From: Piromyces finnis finn
Taxonomy: Eukaryota > Fungi > Neocallimastigomycota
Direction of reading: 5' to 3'
Assembly: GCA_002104945.1 (NCBI GenBank)
Contig: MCFH01000019.1
Span: forward strand, 496,001-560,000
DNA length: 64,000 nucleotides
Each line of letters starts with the position of its first letter. Positions within the stretch are counted from its first letter, which is position 1. The notes beneath the pieces were generated by a model. The model saw only the letters and a list, made by a program, of their open reading frames with translations. It made no database searches and was not told the DNA's origin. Both the position numbers and the translations under genes were made by a program. Below are positions 9,410 through 22,663 of this stretch, one piece after another.

Positions 9410-11745
9410 CTAATAGCATTTATTTTTCTTTAAAGCTATATCCTTTTCTTTTCTTTTATTTTTTGTATCTATTTCAATATTAGTCAATTTTATTTCATAT
9501 TCATTATTGTCATTCTCAAAGGAGAATGTTAATTTTTCTATCTCGTCACTATGAAGGTAAATTTTTCCATTATCATTTATATTAAGATACTTATTATTTT
9601 CACACTCTACATTGGAATCTTTTACGTAGTTTGGATTATTTACTTTGGCAAAAATAACTTCCACTTCTTCAAATAAATGTATTTCACGATAATCTTTTTT
9701 TGTATCTAATTTTCCTTCACTGTCGGCTTTTTCTATTTTACAATTATAATCACTATATACCACAAAAAGATTGCGATTTCCAAATGACGAAATTTAAGTT
9801 TTCTTCTTTTTTTGTTTGAACAATATAAACTATCGTAATATTTTTTGGAATTAGGTAATCTTTTGTTTTTTTAAAATTTGTCTCCGTTTTATTTTTCATA
9901 TTTATTTCTTCTTTTCCTATCACTACAAGTTTTCCATTGCTATTAATATAATGAACTTTTTCATTTTCAAAATCTACTTCCCTTTCCTTATTGTTAATCA
10001 TGTATTTTTTTGGCGCAACGACATAAACATTTGGATTTAATTCTTTAAATAAGTCAGAACATTCGGAAGCAATCGGTACTATATTTTTTAAAACTATATC
10101 TTTGAAATCACTAGAGATTTTATCTAAATAGGCATAGGGACTCTTTTTATCGGTATTCAAATTATTTAAATATAATGGTGATTCATAAAAAATATTTTTA
10201 ACGGCTGTTCTTTGTGGCCCATTCAATTTATCGAAATCATTTACATTTTCATAATTCAATATATCATAATTTCTACCAGTGACATATTTATGGTTATTAT
10301 CTTTAATACCAAAGTAATGTTTATCTATTTGCGTTATTATTTGGTTATAGCCACTTTCAACATTAAATGGATTTGTTAATATTTTAATACCTTATCATTG
10401 TCATACTTACTATCTTCGTTTAATTTTTTTGCTAAGTCATTTAAATCTTTACAAAAAATAGTTTCTCGATCTAAAGCCATGGCTAATTTTTTTTTAAAAT
10501 TCATTAATTTCTTTTTGCATATCTTCATTATTTCTCATTTTAAATATTTTCGAACCATACTTTTTAATCAAATAATGTGAAAACATATCGACTACATTAT
10601 CTTTATATTCTGTTTTTGCTGAGTTTAGTTTATCAGGATCTTTAATAATTTTAAACTTCACTTCTTCATAACCAGAATCTTTAAAATTTAATATGCCGTC
10701 TATAAATTCAAGTTTAAAAGAATTTAGATCAGGAAATTTTTTATTATTGTAATTATTAATTATTATTGATAGCCCTATTATAACTTTTTGCTAAACTTAA
10801 TAACTGAATTTCCGGATTTCGACAACTTTGCATTTGAAATTCATAATATGTTTCTATATTTCTTGGAAGGGATATATAATTAATACCATCTACCCCATTT
10901 ATGAATAAAAAGTTTACGTTTAAGAAAATATTTTTTTTATGTTCTAATAATGTATCTTTTACTTCTTGAGCAACTTCATTAACAATACCTTGAATTAATT
11001 CAGGAGTTTGTGTTGAAACTTCATTTTAGTTGAAATAAAATTTAAAGTTGGATTATCAGGAATTAATTCTAAATTTTGTTGTTTAATCATATCTTTATAG
11101 TCATCTTCGTTTTTATTGTTCAGTCTTAATTTTATTAACTATTACCTCTTTACATTCGTCATAATATGAGCAAATTTCAGCAGTTCTTTTGATATTATGT
11201 TTAGTATTTTCTTTATTAAATAAACTAAATTTATATATCTTATTTGTTAACTTTGAAAATTTTCTATTGTTATCATTGTTATTATTGATATCACGTTTTT
11301 CTATACTAGCAAAATTTTGGTTAGTAGATAAATCATCATTAATTAAGGTATTTTCTGAAATATCAGTTAAATATTCTTCAATATCAATTTCATTTATTAT
11401 ATTTTTAATACTGTCTCTAACGCTATCTTGCCATTTCTTATACACAGTATTATAACCATCCTTACATCTACTGGAAACCACTAAAGTTCTATCTGAATTA
11501 AATGTATTTACATTGAAATAATCTTCTAAATCGTTGGCTGAAATGACTTTGATCTAGCTAGTATCATCATAATTATAAGTTTTACACAAGTTTTCAATGT
11601 AATCTTCTAAATTAGATAAATATAATTTATCATCATCTTCATAATCAATTAAATATCTATAGGTATTCTCTTTAAAAATTGTATCATATTCGTCATTGAT
11701 GTCTTTATAATAATCTATTTCTTATTTGTGTAATTTTTTTTCCAT
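9410..11745 (-). pseudogene. Long decayed ORF of unknown family (N/D/E/K-rich)
   Basis: ORF-track pieces 11113..11481, 9753..10259 and 9410..9763 plus intervening coding-like frames (e.g. QQNLELIPDNPTLNF, KFPDLNSFKLEFIDGILNFKDSGYEEVKF) all lie on the minus strand, separated by isolated stops and frameshifts. Confidence 0.55.
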
Positions 11746-12559
11746 TTTTTTCAATTTATTATCGAATGCGTAATAATTATGAATGCTCCTTAAATACTCT
11801 AAATAATTAATACGTTAAAGCATAATGTGAAATGAGAAGAGGAGTGATCTTGTCTGCACGGAGCATTCTCTGAAGCATTTGCTTAGTATTAATTATCTAC
11901 ATCGATCAAAAAAAAAAATATAATAATAGTAATAATAATAATAATGATAATAATAATAATATATTCATATTAGAATGAGAATTTTAAGATAATTTTTTTG
12001 ATTGATGTAATTATTAAATAAATATTAAGGTATTTTTATATATTTATTTATATCATTTATAATTTTAAAATATTCTAAACATTTGTTATATTATCACATT
12101 TATTATTATTATTTAAATTATCTTTTAATTCTTTCTTAACGCTTTAACCTTAGATAAGAATTCATCCTCAATACATTTTATATAAAATATTTATTTTTGA
12201 TAGTAACACTTTATAAACATTGTTAAATACATGTATTTAAAGTACAAAGATTTTTATTTTTTTAAAACTAATTATATATAAATACTATTATAAAATTCTT
12301 TAATCAAATTACCATTCAAAAAAAATCTTTCAATGCTTTTATTAATTTTATTAATCATTTCCTTTTTTTTTTTTTAATCAATATTTTCCTTATTTATAAT
12401 GGTGTAAAAGATTATATCATTAATATTACTTTGAGTATTAAATATCACTTTAGTATTCTATAACATTTAGACACACAATATTTTTGGTTATCAGCTATAA
12501 AAGTATATATTTCATTTTTGTTTGTTTAATTCGTGATAATTAGTATTTTTCATTCAAAG

Positions 12560-13685
12560 ATAAATTTTGGTTTCTTCTTCCTCTTCAACTTTTTCTAAAC
12601 CAATGACTCCCAGCAATGGTTTGCTTTCCTTTATACTATATTTTCATAGTTTTTAAGTTATCATCCTTTCATAAAAAAGTTTTTTTTTTTTTTAACAGCA
12701 TCAACCAATTTAGCAGCTTTTGCAACTTTGGCATACACACCTCTTGCTTTCAATAACCAGTAGAAACTATAGGCAAACTCTGGGTACTTGAGGCATAATA
12801 TAATAAAATCTTTAGTTTCAATAAATTTATTATCATCATAATGTTGCTCTTTGATTGAATTTCCTTTGAAATCTTTCCAATAAAAGCTTTTAACTGCTTT
12901 AACATCACCATGTTTCTTTAGTTTTTTATCAAGTGTCCTACTTGATTTGTACCATGTATATTTTATTTTCTATATTTAAGAATGTAATTAACAAGGTGTG
13001 AGATGATACAATTTGAGTTTTCCCATTTGTTAAAGCATCTAACCTGAGCTAATGCGTATTTGGCTGATAATGGAGGAATATTCAAATCTTTTGAGATAGA
13101 GTACAAAGAAATAAACGATACAGCTTTATGAACTCCGGCAACCCATCGTATTCCTTTGTTCACATGCTTCTGAGTAACCCTAGACCTAGCTTTGTTGGAT
13201 CCAAGTAATGGTGCAAAGTATGAAACTCTGCTGATTACTTGTGAGTTAAGTACTAGTTTTTTGAAAATAATAGGAATATTAGGATTTCTTAAGAATATAC
13301 TGACTGAAAAAAGTCCTTTTTTCACATCAAAAGATTTCGAGAATTGTCTATCTAATTTGACATTAGCCTTAGATGTTAAATATATATTTTTGATAAAAAA
13401 AAATGTAAAACTCTTACCTCTGATTCCTAAAAAATCTAATTTATGGAGAATATTACCGACTGGGATTGAATCGTAGGCTTTCCTGAGATTTAAAAAAGCT
13501 AAATATGTCTCTTTATTATCTAATTGACGTCTACGACATATTTCTTAGATTGAAATGAAAAGACTGATACTTTCTTCCTTTTTACGAAAACCAAATTGTT
13601 CAGGTCTAATGAAATTATTTTTAAGACCATATTCTAAAATTCTAGTGGTGGCAATTTTCGAGATCAACTTAATACCATTATTCTT
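12560..13685 (-). mobile_element. Non-LTR retrotransposon (LINE) reverse-transcriptase fragment, internally deleted
   Basis: NNFIRPEQFGFR, AFLNLRKAYDSIP, LGIRGK, FDVKKG fused directly to LFSVSIFLRNPNIP, then post-RT sequence. Homologous to 61144-62047. Confidence 0.9.
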
Positions 13686-14376
13686 ATACAAATACTTTGG
13701 ATGTTTACCAGAATATAAATAAGAAAAAAAAAACAAATGTAGTTACACCTCCAATTAATTACTGAATACCAAACTCTAGATAAGCCTCCCAAAATCCAAA
13801 TGGGAAAATAAATATATATGAAACTTTATAAAAAAAAATAAATTTTACCGCCATTAAAAATTTAATCTAGTTTTATATACAACTTAAGTTATTTTATTAT
13901 AGATATTGTTTTAAAATACAGAAATAAAAATAAAAATTTTTACAATTTTTTTAAAAAAAAATAGTATTTTTATTAATGGTAATAATATATGTGAGGGTTA
14001 AAGGTAAAATAAAACATTTTAAACATTTCTTAAAAAAAATATAAATATGGTTTATCTATACTTTTTTGTAATAATTTTTACCTTTTTAAATACAAAAAAA
14101 ATTGTTTACAAAACTATTTTTTTTTCTGATAAACTTAAATGATTATAGGATAAATAATAATTATAAGATACAAATAAATTATATTTTATATGTTTATTTA
14201 ATGTGTGTGTGTTAAGATAATAATATGATTAAAAATTTGCATTATTTTTTATATTTTTCTACATAATATACCAGATATTATTAAAAAGAAATAACATTGA
14301 TTTTTCATGTTTTTCTACATAACATACCAGATATTATAACAAAAAAACATTTGGAAACGCTTTAATTCAATTGAAT

Positions 14377-15042
14377 TTAAACTAAGGTTTCTTGAGTACG
14401 AACACTTTGTAAACCTTGACGCTTGGATTTTCTAGTGTAGAAGAAGATACCAGCAGCGGCAGCAACAGCTGCGGCAGCACCACCACCAATACCAGCAGTC
14501 TTAGCAACATCACTATCATCGTCAGAGTTTTCAGCAGCATCATCAGCTGGGTTAGCATTGTCATCTACATTAGCATCATAGTCTTCAATTGAGTTACCAT
14601 TAATATTATCAGCTGGAACATTACCTTCATCATCAGAAGCATTGTCAGCGGCATCAAGTTGGTTAACACCATCGATGGCAGCAGTATCATCTTCAGAGTT
14701 TTCAGCAGCACCATCAAATTGGTTAGCACCTTCAATATCAGCATTATCAGCTTCAGAGTTTTCAGCAGCATCACCAGTAGTTTGGTTTTCAGTACCAAAG
14801 GATGGAATTTGTTCAGCTGGAACTTCAGTTCCTGGGGCTGGGACTGGGGCTGGAATTTGATCAACTGGAGCAGCAGTTGGAAGAGCCTTTGGTGGAAGGG
14901 TTGAAACTGGAAGAGCCTTTGGTGGAAGACTAGCATTAGCAGCAAGAGCTTCAGATGGTGGAACCTTGGTTCCAGAGATAGCATCTTGAGCTAAAGATAA
15001 AGCACTAGCAGTTAATAAAAGAACGACCTTTGAGAATTTCAT
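14377..15042 (-). CDS. Acidic low-complexity type-I membrane/cell-surface protein (221 aa)
   Basis: Signal peptide MKFSKVVLLLTASALSLA, then Pro-rich and D/E/N-rich repeats (AAENSE/D x3). C-terminal Ala/Gly TM (IGGGAAAAVAAAAGIFFY) followed by a basic tail. Strong codon bias. Confidence 0.9.
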   Translation of the reverse strand: MKFSKVVLLLTASALSLAQDAISGTKVPPSEALAANASLPPKALPVSTLPPKALPTAAPVDQIPAPVPAPGTEVPAEQIPSFGTENQTTGDAAENSEADNADIEGANQFDGAAENSEDDTAAIDGVNQLDAADNASDDEGNVPADNINGNSIEDYDANVDDNANPADDAAENSDDDSDVAKTAGIGGGAAAAVAAAAGIFFYTRKSKRQGLQSVRTQETLV

Positions 15043-18000
15043 GTTGATTTATTTACAATTAAAAAAAAATAAATAATTCTAAATATTGAAAAGTTGAATT
15101 ATATTACAAAATTGTTTGTTGTGTTATTGCTAAAAATATATTGTGTTATATATCAAAGCGAATAATTTATACAATGTTCCAAAAATATATTTTTTTATAA
15201 TATTTTTTTAAAACTGGTAAAAATAAAAAAAAAAGGATAAATCTTTATTTATATATTATTTTTAGGTAAAAATTTCACTATATATGATAATATTTATGGG
15301 TGTTTTATATTTTTTTTTTAAAAATTAAGCGGCTAATATATAATTTTTTAATTAATAATTAATTAATTATTTTTATCATATTTCATTATTACATTACAAT
15401 AAGTGTTTACTCCAATTTAATTGGCTAAAAAACTCATAAATGTATTCATAGAAACTTTAAATTTTTAATGTATTTATAATTTAGAAAGCTAAAATGGATG
15501 ATCTTCTAATTGTTGTATACGAATGTATACAAGTGTGTTTTATAGATGATACTATAGAAATATATTGTCTTTCTATAATATTAATTAATATATATTAAAT
15601 TAAATGATTAACTGTAGTTTTAACCAATAAAATGAACGGTTAAACGGCACTTTACCAAAAAATTTAATTATTTATTAATCTGTAACACTTGAACCTATTT
15701 ATAAATTTATACACCATTAATATACAATATTCAATAATATATACAGTAAAACTCTAAATATTATTAAAAAAATAGAATTGAAAGGTTGACCTTCATTTTA
15801 AAACAAAATAAGTCAAAGAACTACCTTTACAATAAAGCTTTCTTTCTTTCTTTCCTTTCATTTATTTTAAAGTGAAAAAAAAAACTTTTTAATACTTTAT
15901 TATTTTATTTCATTGTATGATGAATGTGTATCATCCTTTTTTCATCAGAAATATTTTCTTTTTGTTTCTTTCATTCTAAAAAAAGTTAAAATTAAAAATT
16001 ATGAAATTTTCTTTCTTTTTTTATTTGATTGTTGTTGTTGGTTGTCGTTTTCCGCTTTATCCTTATTGAATTAATTGAAATTAATGAAATGTTAATTCAA
16101 ATTTCCACTTTAACTTTTTTGGTAATTCTAATTTTAAGGGGAATTAAAACAGCAGTAGCAAAGCAATAAAAAGTTAAAAAAAAAAAAAAAAGAATTGCTT
16201 ATATTCACCCTTTTTTAATGCATATTTAAAAATTCTTCTTTTTTTTTTTATAATAAAGCAAAAAGACAAAAAAAAAAAAAGGATTAGAAAACTTTTTTTT
16301 TTTTATGAAAATATTGTAATTAAGAAGTAGAAAAAAAATAATAAACTTTTAATTTCATTTCCATTATCTTTATAATTTTTTTAAAAAAAAAAAAAAAAAG
16401 AAGTGTTTTAAAGTTTAATTATTCGTCAACGTGTTACACTTTATAGATTTATTATTATTAATAATGCAATATCATTATTATTTATTATTATTTGTTTTTA
16501 TAGAAATGACCCATATAAAACAATTTTTTATTATAAACTATAATTACAATGATTTGTAATAAAACAAATAAATCACTATTGATAAAACTTTTTACATATA
16601 TGACATTAACTTTTTTTTTTTCTTATTCTATTATAAAGATATGGATCTTTAAAAATAAAAGATATATTTATATTTTAATAAAGCATTAATCCTATTAACC
16701 ATAATAATAATAATGTTCAATTTCATTATTACCTTTTCTTTTTATTATATAATACTAATTAATAGTAAAAAAAAAAAAAGTATTAAAGACAATAGTATTT
16801 AAAAAAGAGACAATATATATACAATTAATTAATTTATTATATTATATAAGGGTTAGGAATATAAAATAATAATTTTTTTTTTACTTTAATAATTTTAATA
16901 TTACCATGCACCTCACCACTTTCTACCATGTCAATCTAATAATGGTAATGCATATTAAAATGTATCGTTTTTAATATGTATTTTCAAAACTCACTTTAAT
17001 TAGAAAAGAAATATACCCTAATTATTTTTATAAGAAATTAGAATTAAAAAAGAAAAAAAAAAAACATTTTTCCATGGATGGAAAAAGTCTTTAAAAACTT
17101 GATGATATTTAAAAATGACAGTTTAGTAGTATTATGATGATCCTAAAACATTTTATGCTAGAGATAGTTTTTATTTTTGCTTTATTATGTTTTATTATAG
17201 GTTGATAAAAAAATAAATTATAAATAAAATAAAATTTATAAATGTAAGATAAAGATATAAAAGTTTATAAATAATATATTATTTATTCAACACTATCCTT
17301 TCTTTTTATAAAAAAGGATTAACAGTTTTATCTCTGTTTTTGAAATGAATTTTTTAAAAGTTAAACTTCATTACTACTCCATAATTCTTTTTATAAAAAG
17401 TTTCAATGCCTGCTTTAACACCACCAACAATTAACAACTATCCATTTTATAAATCAGAATAACACAACAATATTATATTGTCAAAATAATACCAACAACA
17501 ACATAATTTCATTAACTTTTCTTTGACTCATTTTTATTTGTTCTACGTCCATCTTTAATACATAGTCTGAGTCATTTTTTTAAAAAAAGTTTGATACTTT
17601 GAAAGTGTCATAAGTTCTACTTTAAATTTTAATTAAACTCTTTAATGTATTACATAATGTATACAACATCAATATCAGTATGTGTTTTGAAAATTTAAAT
17701 TTCAAAAATTCTAGACCGCTGTAGTAGTAAAACTATGTACAAAATTTAATATATTTAATTAAATTGTAATGATTAATATTAATTAATCATAAGATTTTAA
17801 TTAATTAATTTCTAATTAATAATAGCAAGAAATTTTTTATTTACACAAAAAAAAAAAAAAAAATTAGGCCTGGAATGGTAGGGAAAGAATTTTCTAAAAC
17901 TGATCTATTTTTCATGGACTATGACCATTGTTAGGTGGTAGGGAAAAAGACTAGTGCTATAGTAACAGTACAGTACACGTTATTTTCTAATTAATATAGC

Positions 18001-20419
18001 TTTCAATTTATAATAGTATTAATATAATATGGATAATAAATCTATGTATCTATGCACAATTTTTTTTTCATAATTAACCTTTTCTACTTATGAATTTGGC
18101 ATATTTCGACGAATAAACAAAAAAAGTTTGACCATTTTTCAAAAACTTAATAGGAATATTGTCCGAATAAGCAAAAAAAAAAAAAATAAATAAATACTAA
18201 TTTTAAATTATTGTTCGTTTGTAATTACTGCAGAATACTATTTAATATTACTGCCTAGTACATTTTCATCATTGAATTCTATTAATTCTTTTTTTTTTAT
18301 GTTTTATAGTTATTCCTACTATTATTCCTACCACTTTTAAATTTTATCAGCCATTTTTTATATATTTTAATTTTTTTTTTTTTTTTACCATTCAAAGCCA
18401 TTTTAAATTTTTTTTTAAATTAAACTATTTAAATACCAATAAAATTTTGCTTTTAATTATTCTGCCATTTATTAAAACGATTGTTTTAATGTGAATAACA
18501 ACTTTTTAATAATAATAAACATAATAAACATAATAATAATTAGAATAATAATAATAATTAGAATAATAATAGAGTATTAATTAATAGAGTATTAATACTA
18601 AAATGTGTATTATTAGTATTTAGTAACTAATAATGCATTTATTATTTCTTTATTTACTATTTATTATTTAAATTTTTATATTCTATCCTTCCTCTATCAT
18701 TATTGATGAATTGATATTAACGTCCTTACATTTGTACTACAATTGAAAAATTTCTACATTTTCGTATTGTTTCAAATTCTTTTTTCAGTAGATTTGGAAA
18801 GATCGATCATCTTCCATTTTTAATATTTTTAATTGGAAAGAAAAAAATAATGAAAAGGTGTGTGTGTGTTTTTTTTTAAATAGAATAAAATTAATAAAGA
18901 AAAGGAAACCAAATATACTTCCTACACTAATTTTTTTTCCAAAGTCTATATTTTCTACACTTTTCCTAATCAGCAAAAGACCCACAAAACCATTTTATTA
19001 TAAATAAACTTTTCAAAATTTTTAACCAAGACAAAACCAAGATTTTTTTTTTCAAACGATTAAAGAAAATGTTTAAAACTCTATTTAATATAAAATATAA
19101 AATTTTTGTTTTTTTATTTGATAATTTAACAAAATTAATTTATTTTTAATTAATAAATTATTAGTTCATATTTTAAACTTTATTAATTAATAAATTTAAA
19201 ATTTTCGTTGTTATTGTTTCATCACAAAATAATTATTTAAATAGTATTAAAATTTTATATATTACATTATACTTTAAATATATATAACGAATTTAGAGGA
19301 TTCATTTTATTATTTGGATTAGAGTATGGTGGGAAGTGGTAGTAAATAAATCTATTTATTATTGTTATTATTCTACGCAATAACTCTATGAACCATTTTA
19401 TTTATTTTAAATAGACTATTTCAATCTATTCTTCCGATTCTTCTTTCTAATATTTTTTTTGAATAGAATCATTGCTGTGCCAATGTTTTTTTATTTATTT
19501 TCAATTTCTGTTAAAAAAACGTTCTGTTGTACAAATTATTAATTATTTATTCCTATTCCTAACAACGGATGGAATGAAAAATAACCGAAATTTTTTGGTT
19601 TAATTTAATATTTTTTTTTTTAATTCTCATCCTTTCACCCTATTTTGAAGTTTAAAAAAATGCCAATAAAAAAATAATAAATGATTGAATTTAAAATTTC
19701 TATTGAAAATAATATATTGTAATAAATAATACACATTTATTACTATTGTATTAGTTGATACAATTTGAGTAGAATATCATTACTTTTTTGTATTGTTTTT
19801 AATATATAATTTTTATTATTTATTCAATTTAAATTTTAATCTATTGACTAATCTATTCTTTTAAAAAAAATGAATATGACACTATAGTTTTTAATTTATG
19901 CTTGATTTTAATTTACATATATTATCATTATATATTATATACACATCTATTTCATTTTTTTTTTATCAAATAGTGTAGGTACAGAATTTAAAAAAAAATT
20001 AGGAAAATAATATTCAATATAATTTCAATATTATACTAATAAACGAATAAATATATAAATATAAATAAAATAATATATAATTATTATATATGTTTTCTAT
20101 TAAAGATATATTCATTATTAAAATCACCAATTTAAAGATTAAAAAAATTTTTTATTAAATATTTATGTATTACAAATACATTTAATATGAAACATTTGTA
20201 TTTAACTAATAAAAAATTTTTTATTAATTTAATTATTTTTAATTAGTTTTCTATAAATGGAAGGTGTAAAACCAATTTAAAAAAATCTATATAAACCTAC
20301 TAATTTCTTCTTTTTTTTAAAAAATCAAATTAAATAAATAAAAACTATTAACTGGTAAAAAAAGCCAAAGCCAAAAAAAAATTATTATTAGTTTATAATA
20401 AAAAAATCAAAAAATCAAA

Positions 20420-20959
20420 ATGAAATTCCAATCTGCTTTATTAATTGCTGCTCTTGCTGCCTGTGCTTACGCTCAAGTTTCTGATGTTGAAGACGCCAAC
20501 CAAGCCCCAGAAGCTGGTCTTGATGTCCAAGAAACTAACGTTGAAGTTTCTGAAAACGAAGTTCCAGAAATTCCAGTTGAAAACGTTCCAGCTGTTAACG
20601 AACCAGCCGCTGACAACGCCGTCGAATCTGCTGATGAAGCTAACAATGACGAAGCTGCCAACGAAAACACTACTGATGCCGCTGAAGGTTCTGATGATTA
20701 CGAAGCTGGTGAAGGTTCTGATGACTACGGTCTTGAACCAACTGCCCAAGCTGATATTGATGACTACGATGAAGTTCCATCTGGTGGTCTTGACAGCGAA
20801 GCTGAAGAATCTGACGATGAATCTTCTAACACTCCATACATCGCTGGTGCTGCTGGTGCTGCTGCCGCCGCCGCTGGTGTCTTCTTCTGGATCAAGAAGT
20901 CTCAAAAGCAAGAAGGTGAAGCTGTCGAAAGCCTTCGTTCTCAATTCAACATGGCTTAA
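20420..20959 (+). CDS. Acidic low-complexity type-I membrane/cell-surface protein (179 aa), paralog of 14377..15042
   Basis: Signal peptide MKFQSALLIAALAACAYA, E/D-rich ectodomain (EGSDDY x2), TM YIAGAAGAAAAAAGVFFWI followed by KKS tail. Strong codon bias. Confidence 0.9.
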   Translation: MKFQSALLIAALAACAYAQVSDVEDANQAPEAGLDVQETNVEVSENEVPEIPVENVPAVNEPAADNAVESADEANNDEAANENTTDAAEGSDDYEAGEGSDDYGLEPTAQADIDDYDEVPSGGLDSEAEESDDESSNTPYIAGAAGAAAAAAGVFFWIKKSQKQEGEAVESLRSQFNMA

Positions 20960-22663
20960 GCAATTTAAGTAATTTTTGTAATATACAAAAAAATAAAAAT
21001 TAAAGGTTTTAAAGACAGATTATTTACTGAAAATATTATGCTAAAATATGAGTAGGATTAAGCGTATATAAACGTTTTAATTATAATCTGTCATTTTGAT
21101 ATAAAACCAATTATAGATTTATTTTTAAAGATTAGTTAGTAGTTTGTTTTTATACTCTTTAAAAAGAAGCGAATACTAAGTTTTTAAAGTAATCCAAATA
21201 GAGTTTATTTATTATATAATCATCAATGAGAATATATAATAAATTCTTTATGCAATGCATAAAGTATACATGTAAAACAAAAAAATGCTATTATTATTAA
21301 AAATATTTATTTCAACAAAAAATTATTATTTCAAGAAAATAACATGTAAAGAATAAACAAAACAAAAACAAAATAAAAAATAAAATAAAATATAAAGAGT
21401 TTTAAAAACCAAAGAATTGTTATTTTTTTTTAAATCTGTGTATTAAAGTTTTACATTTTATAATGTTGATAATAGATTTTGAAACTTATAATAATGTGTG
21501 AGTTTAACATAGTAACTGGCTACTGAGATGTTGTATTTATTTATTCATAATAATTCAATTTTTTCAAAAATTCAGTTAGAAATGCTATCATTAAATCTAG
21601 AATAAATATTTTCAATACCATTTATTATTTAATTCTGAATGAAGTTGCAGAAAGTCTGGCTAAGTTCAAGTTTTTCCAGGACAAAAATTTTGGCAAAAAA
21701 TCTAGGATAATTAACTAATTTAATAATATATTTTTATTTGATGCCATTAAAAAAAAAATAGTATATTTTTAAATGTGTGTTTCCAATTCACTTAGAGTGA
21801 CTATCAAAAATTTCAATAGTTACTTTTTTTTTTTTACTTATATTTGATAAATGTAAGATATTAATATTGAAGGAAGAAAAAAGGAAATAGAGAGAGAAAA
21901 AAAGTTGTAATAGACTATTTATTTATCAAAGATTTTATTCCAGAAAAAATAATTCCTGTGAAAAATTATAAAGAAAAGTTATATTTTTGACATTAAAAAA
22001 AAAAAGAAATGGCTTTATGGAATTAGTAAATACACCACTTTTGTTTTAAAATCAAATTCTTTATGTTATATTGTCCAATTATATTGTTTTGGTATTTATT
22101 AACTATTAAAAAACAAAAACAATGCATTTAAGAATATTATTTACTAAATTCATTGAATTATAACTGGAACATTTCAAAAAAAATTATAAATTTAATTATA
22201 CTTTATTTTTTTTTTTTTTTTTTTTATATTAATCAAAGTGTTTTCATTCATCACACAATACCTATTCCTTCGTATAATACAATTTCTTTATTTTATCATT
22301 CTAATAAATTTATTATTAGAATTATAAAATAAAAAAAAAAAAAGATCGCAAGTATTATTTTCTGGTAGGATAATGATGGATCATAAATTTAAATTTTATA
22401 AAAAAACTCTTTTAAATATAATTGGTCCATTTTTCCGATGCATTAGATATGCTTCCACCACTTGAAATTTCAGGTAATTTCAGCCTGAAGATTCTGAAGG
22501 TCTGGTAAAAATTATTTTATAAAAAAAGGAATGTGATTTTTTTTTTAAAAAATTTAATTTTGTACTACTTTTTTAATTTGCATTTCTTTTTTTTCAAAAA
22601 TTTTACAGTTAGAAAAAAAGATATATAATAAATATAGAATAACGTAAATTGGAAGAAAGGAAA

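Noticed and set aside
10170-10240. DKLNGPQRTAV resembling a superfamily-1 helicase Q-motif
   Set aside because: No Walker A (GxxGxGKT) follows.
14382-20972. Overlapping alternative-frame ORFs (14382, 14565, 14642, 14659, 20441, 20445, 20473)
   Set aside because: Shadow ORFs caused by the strong codon bias of the two surface-protein genes.
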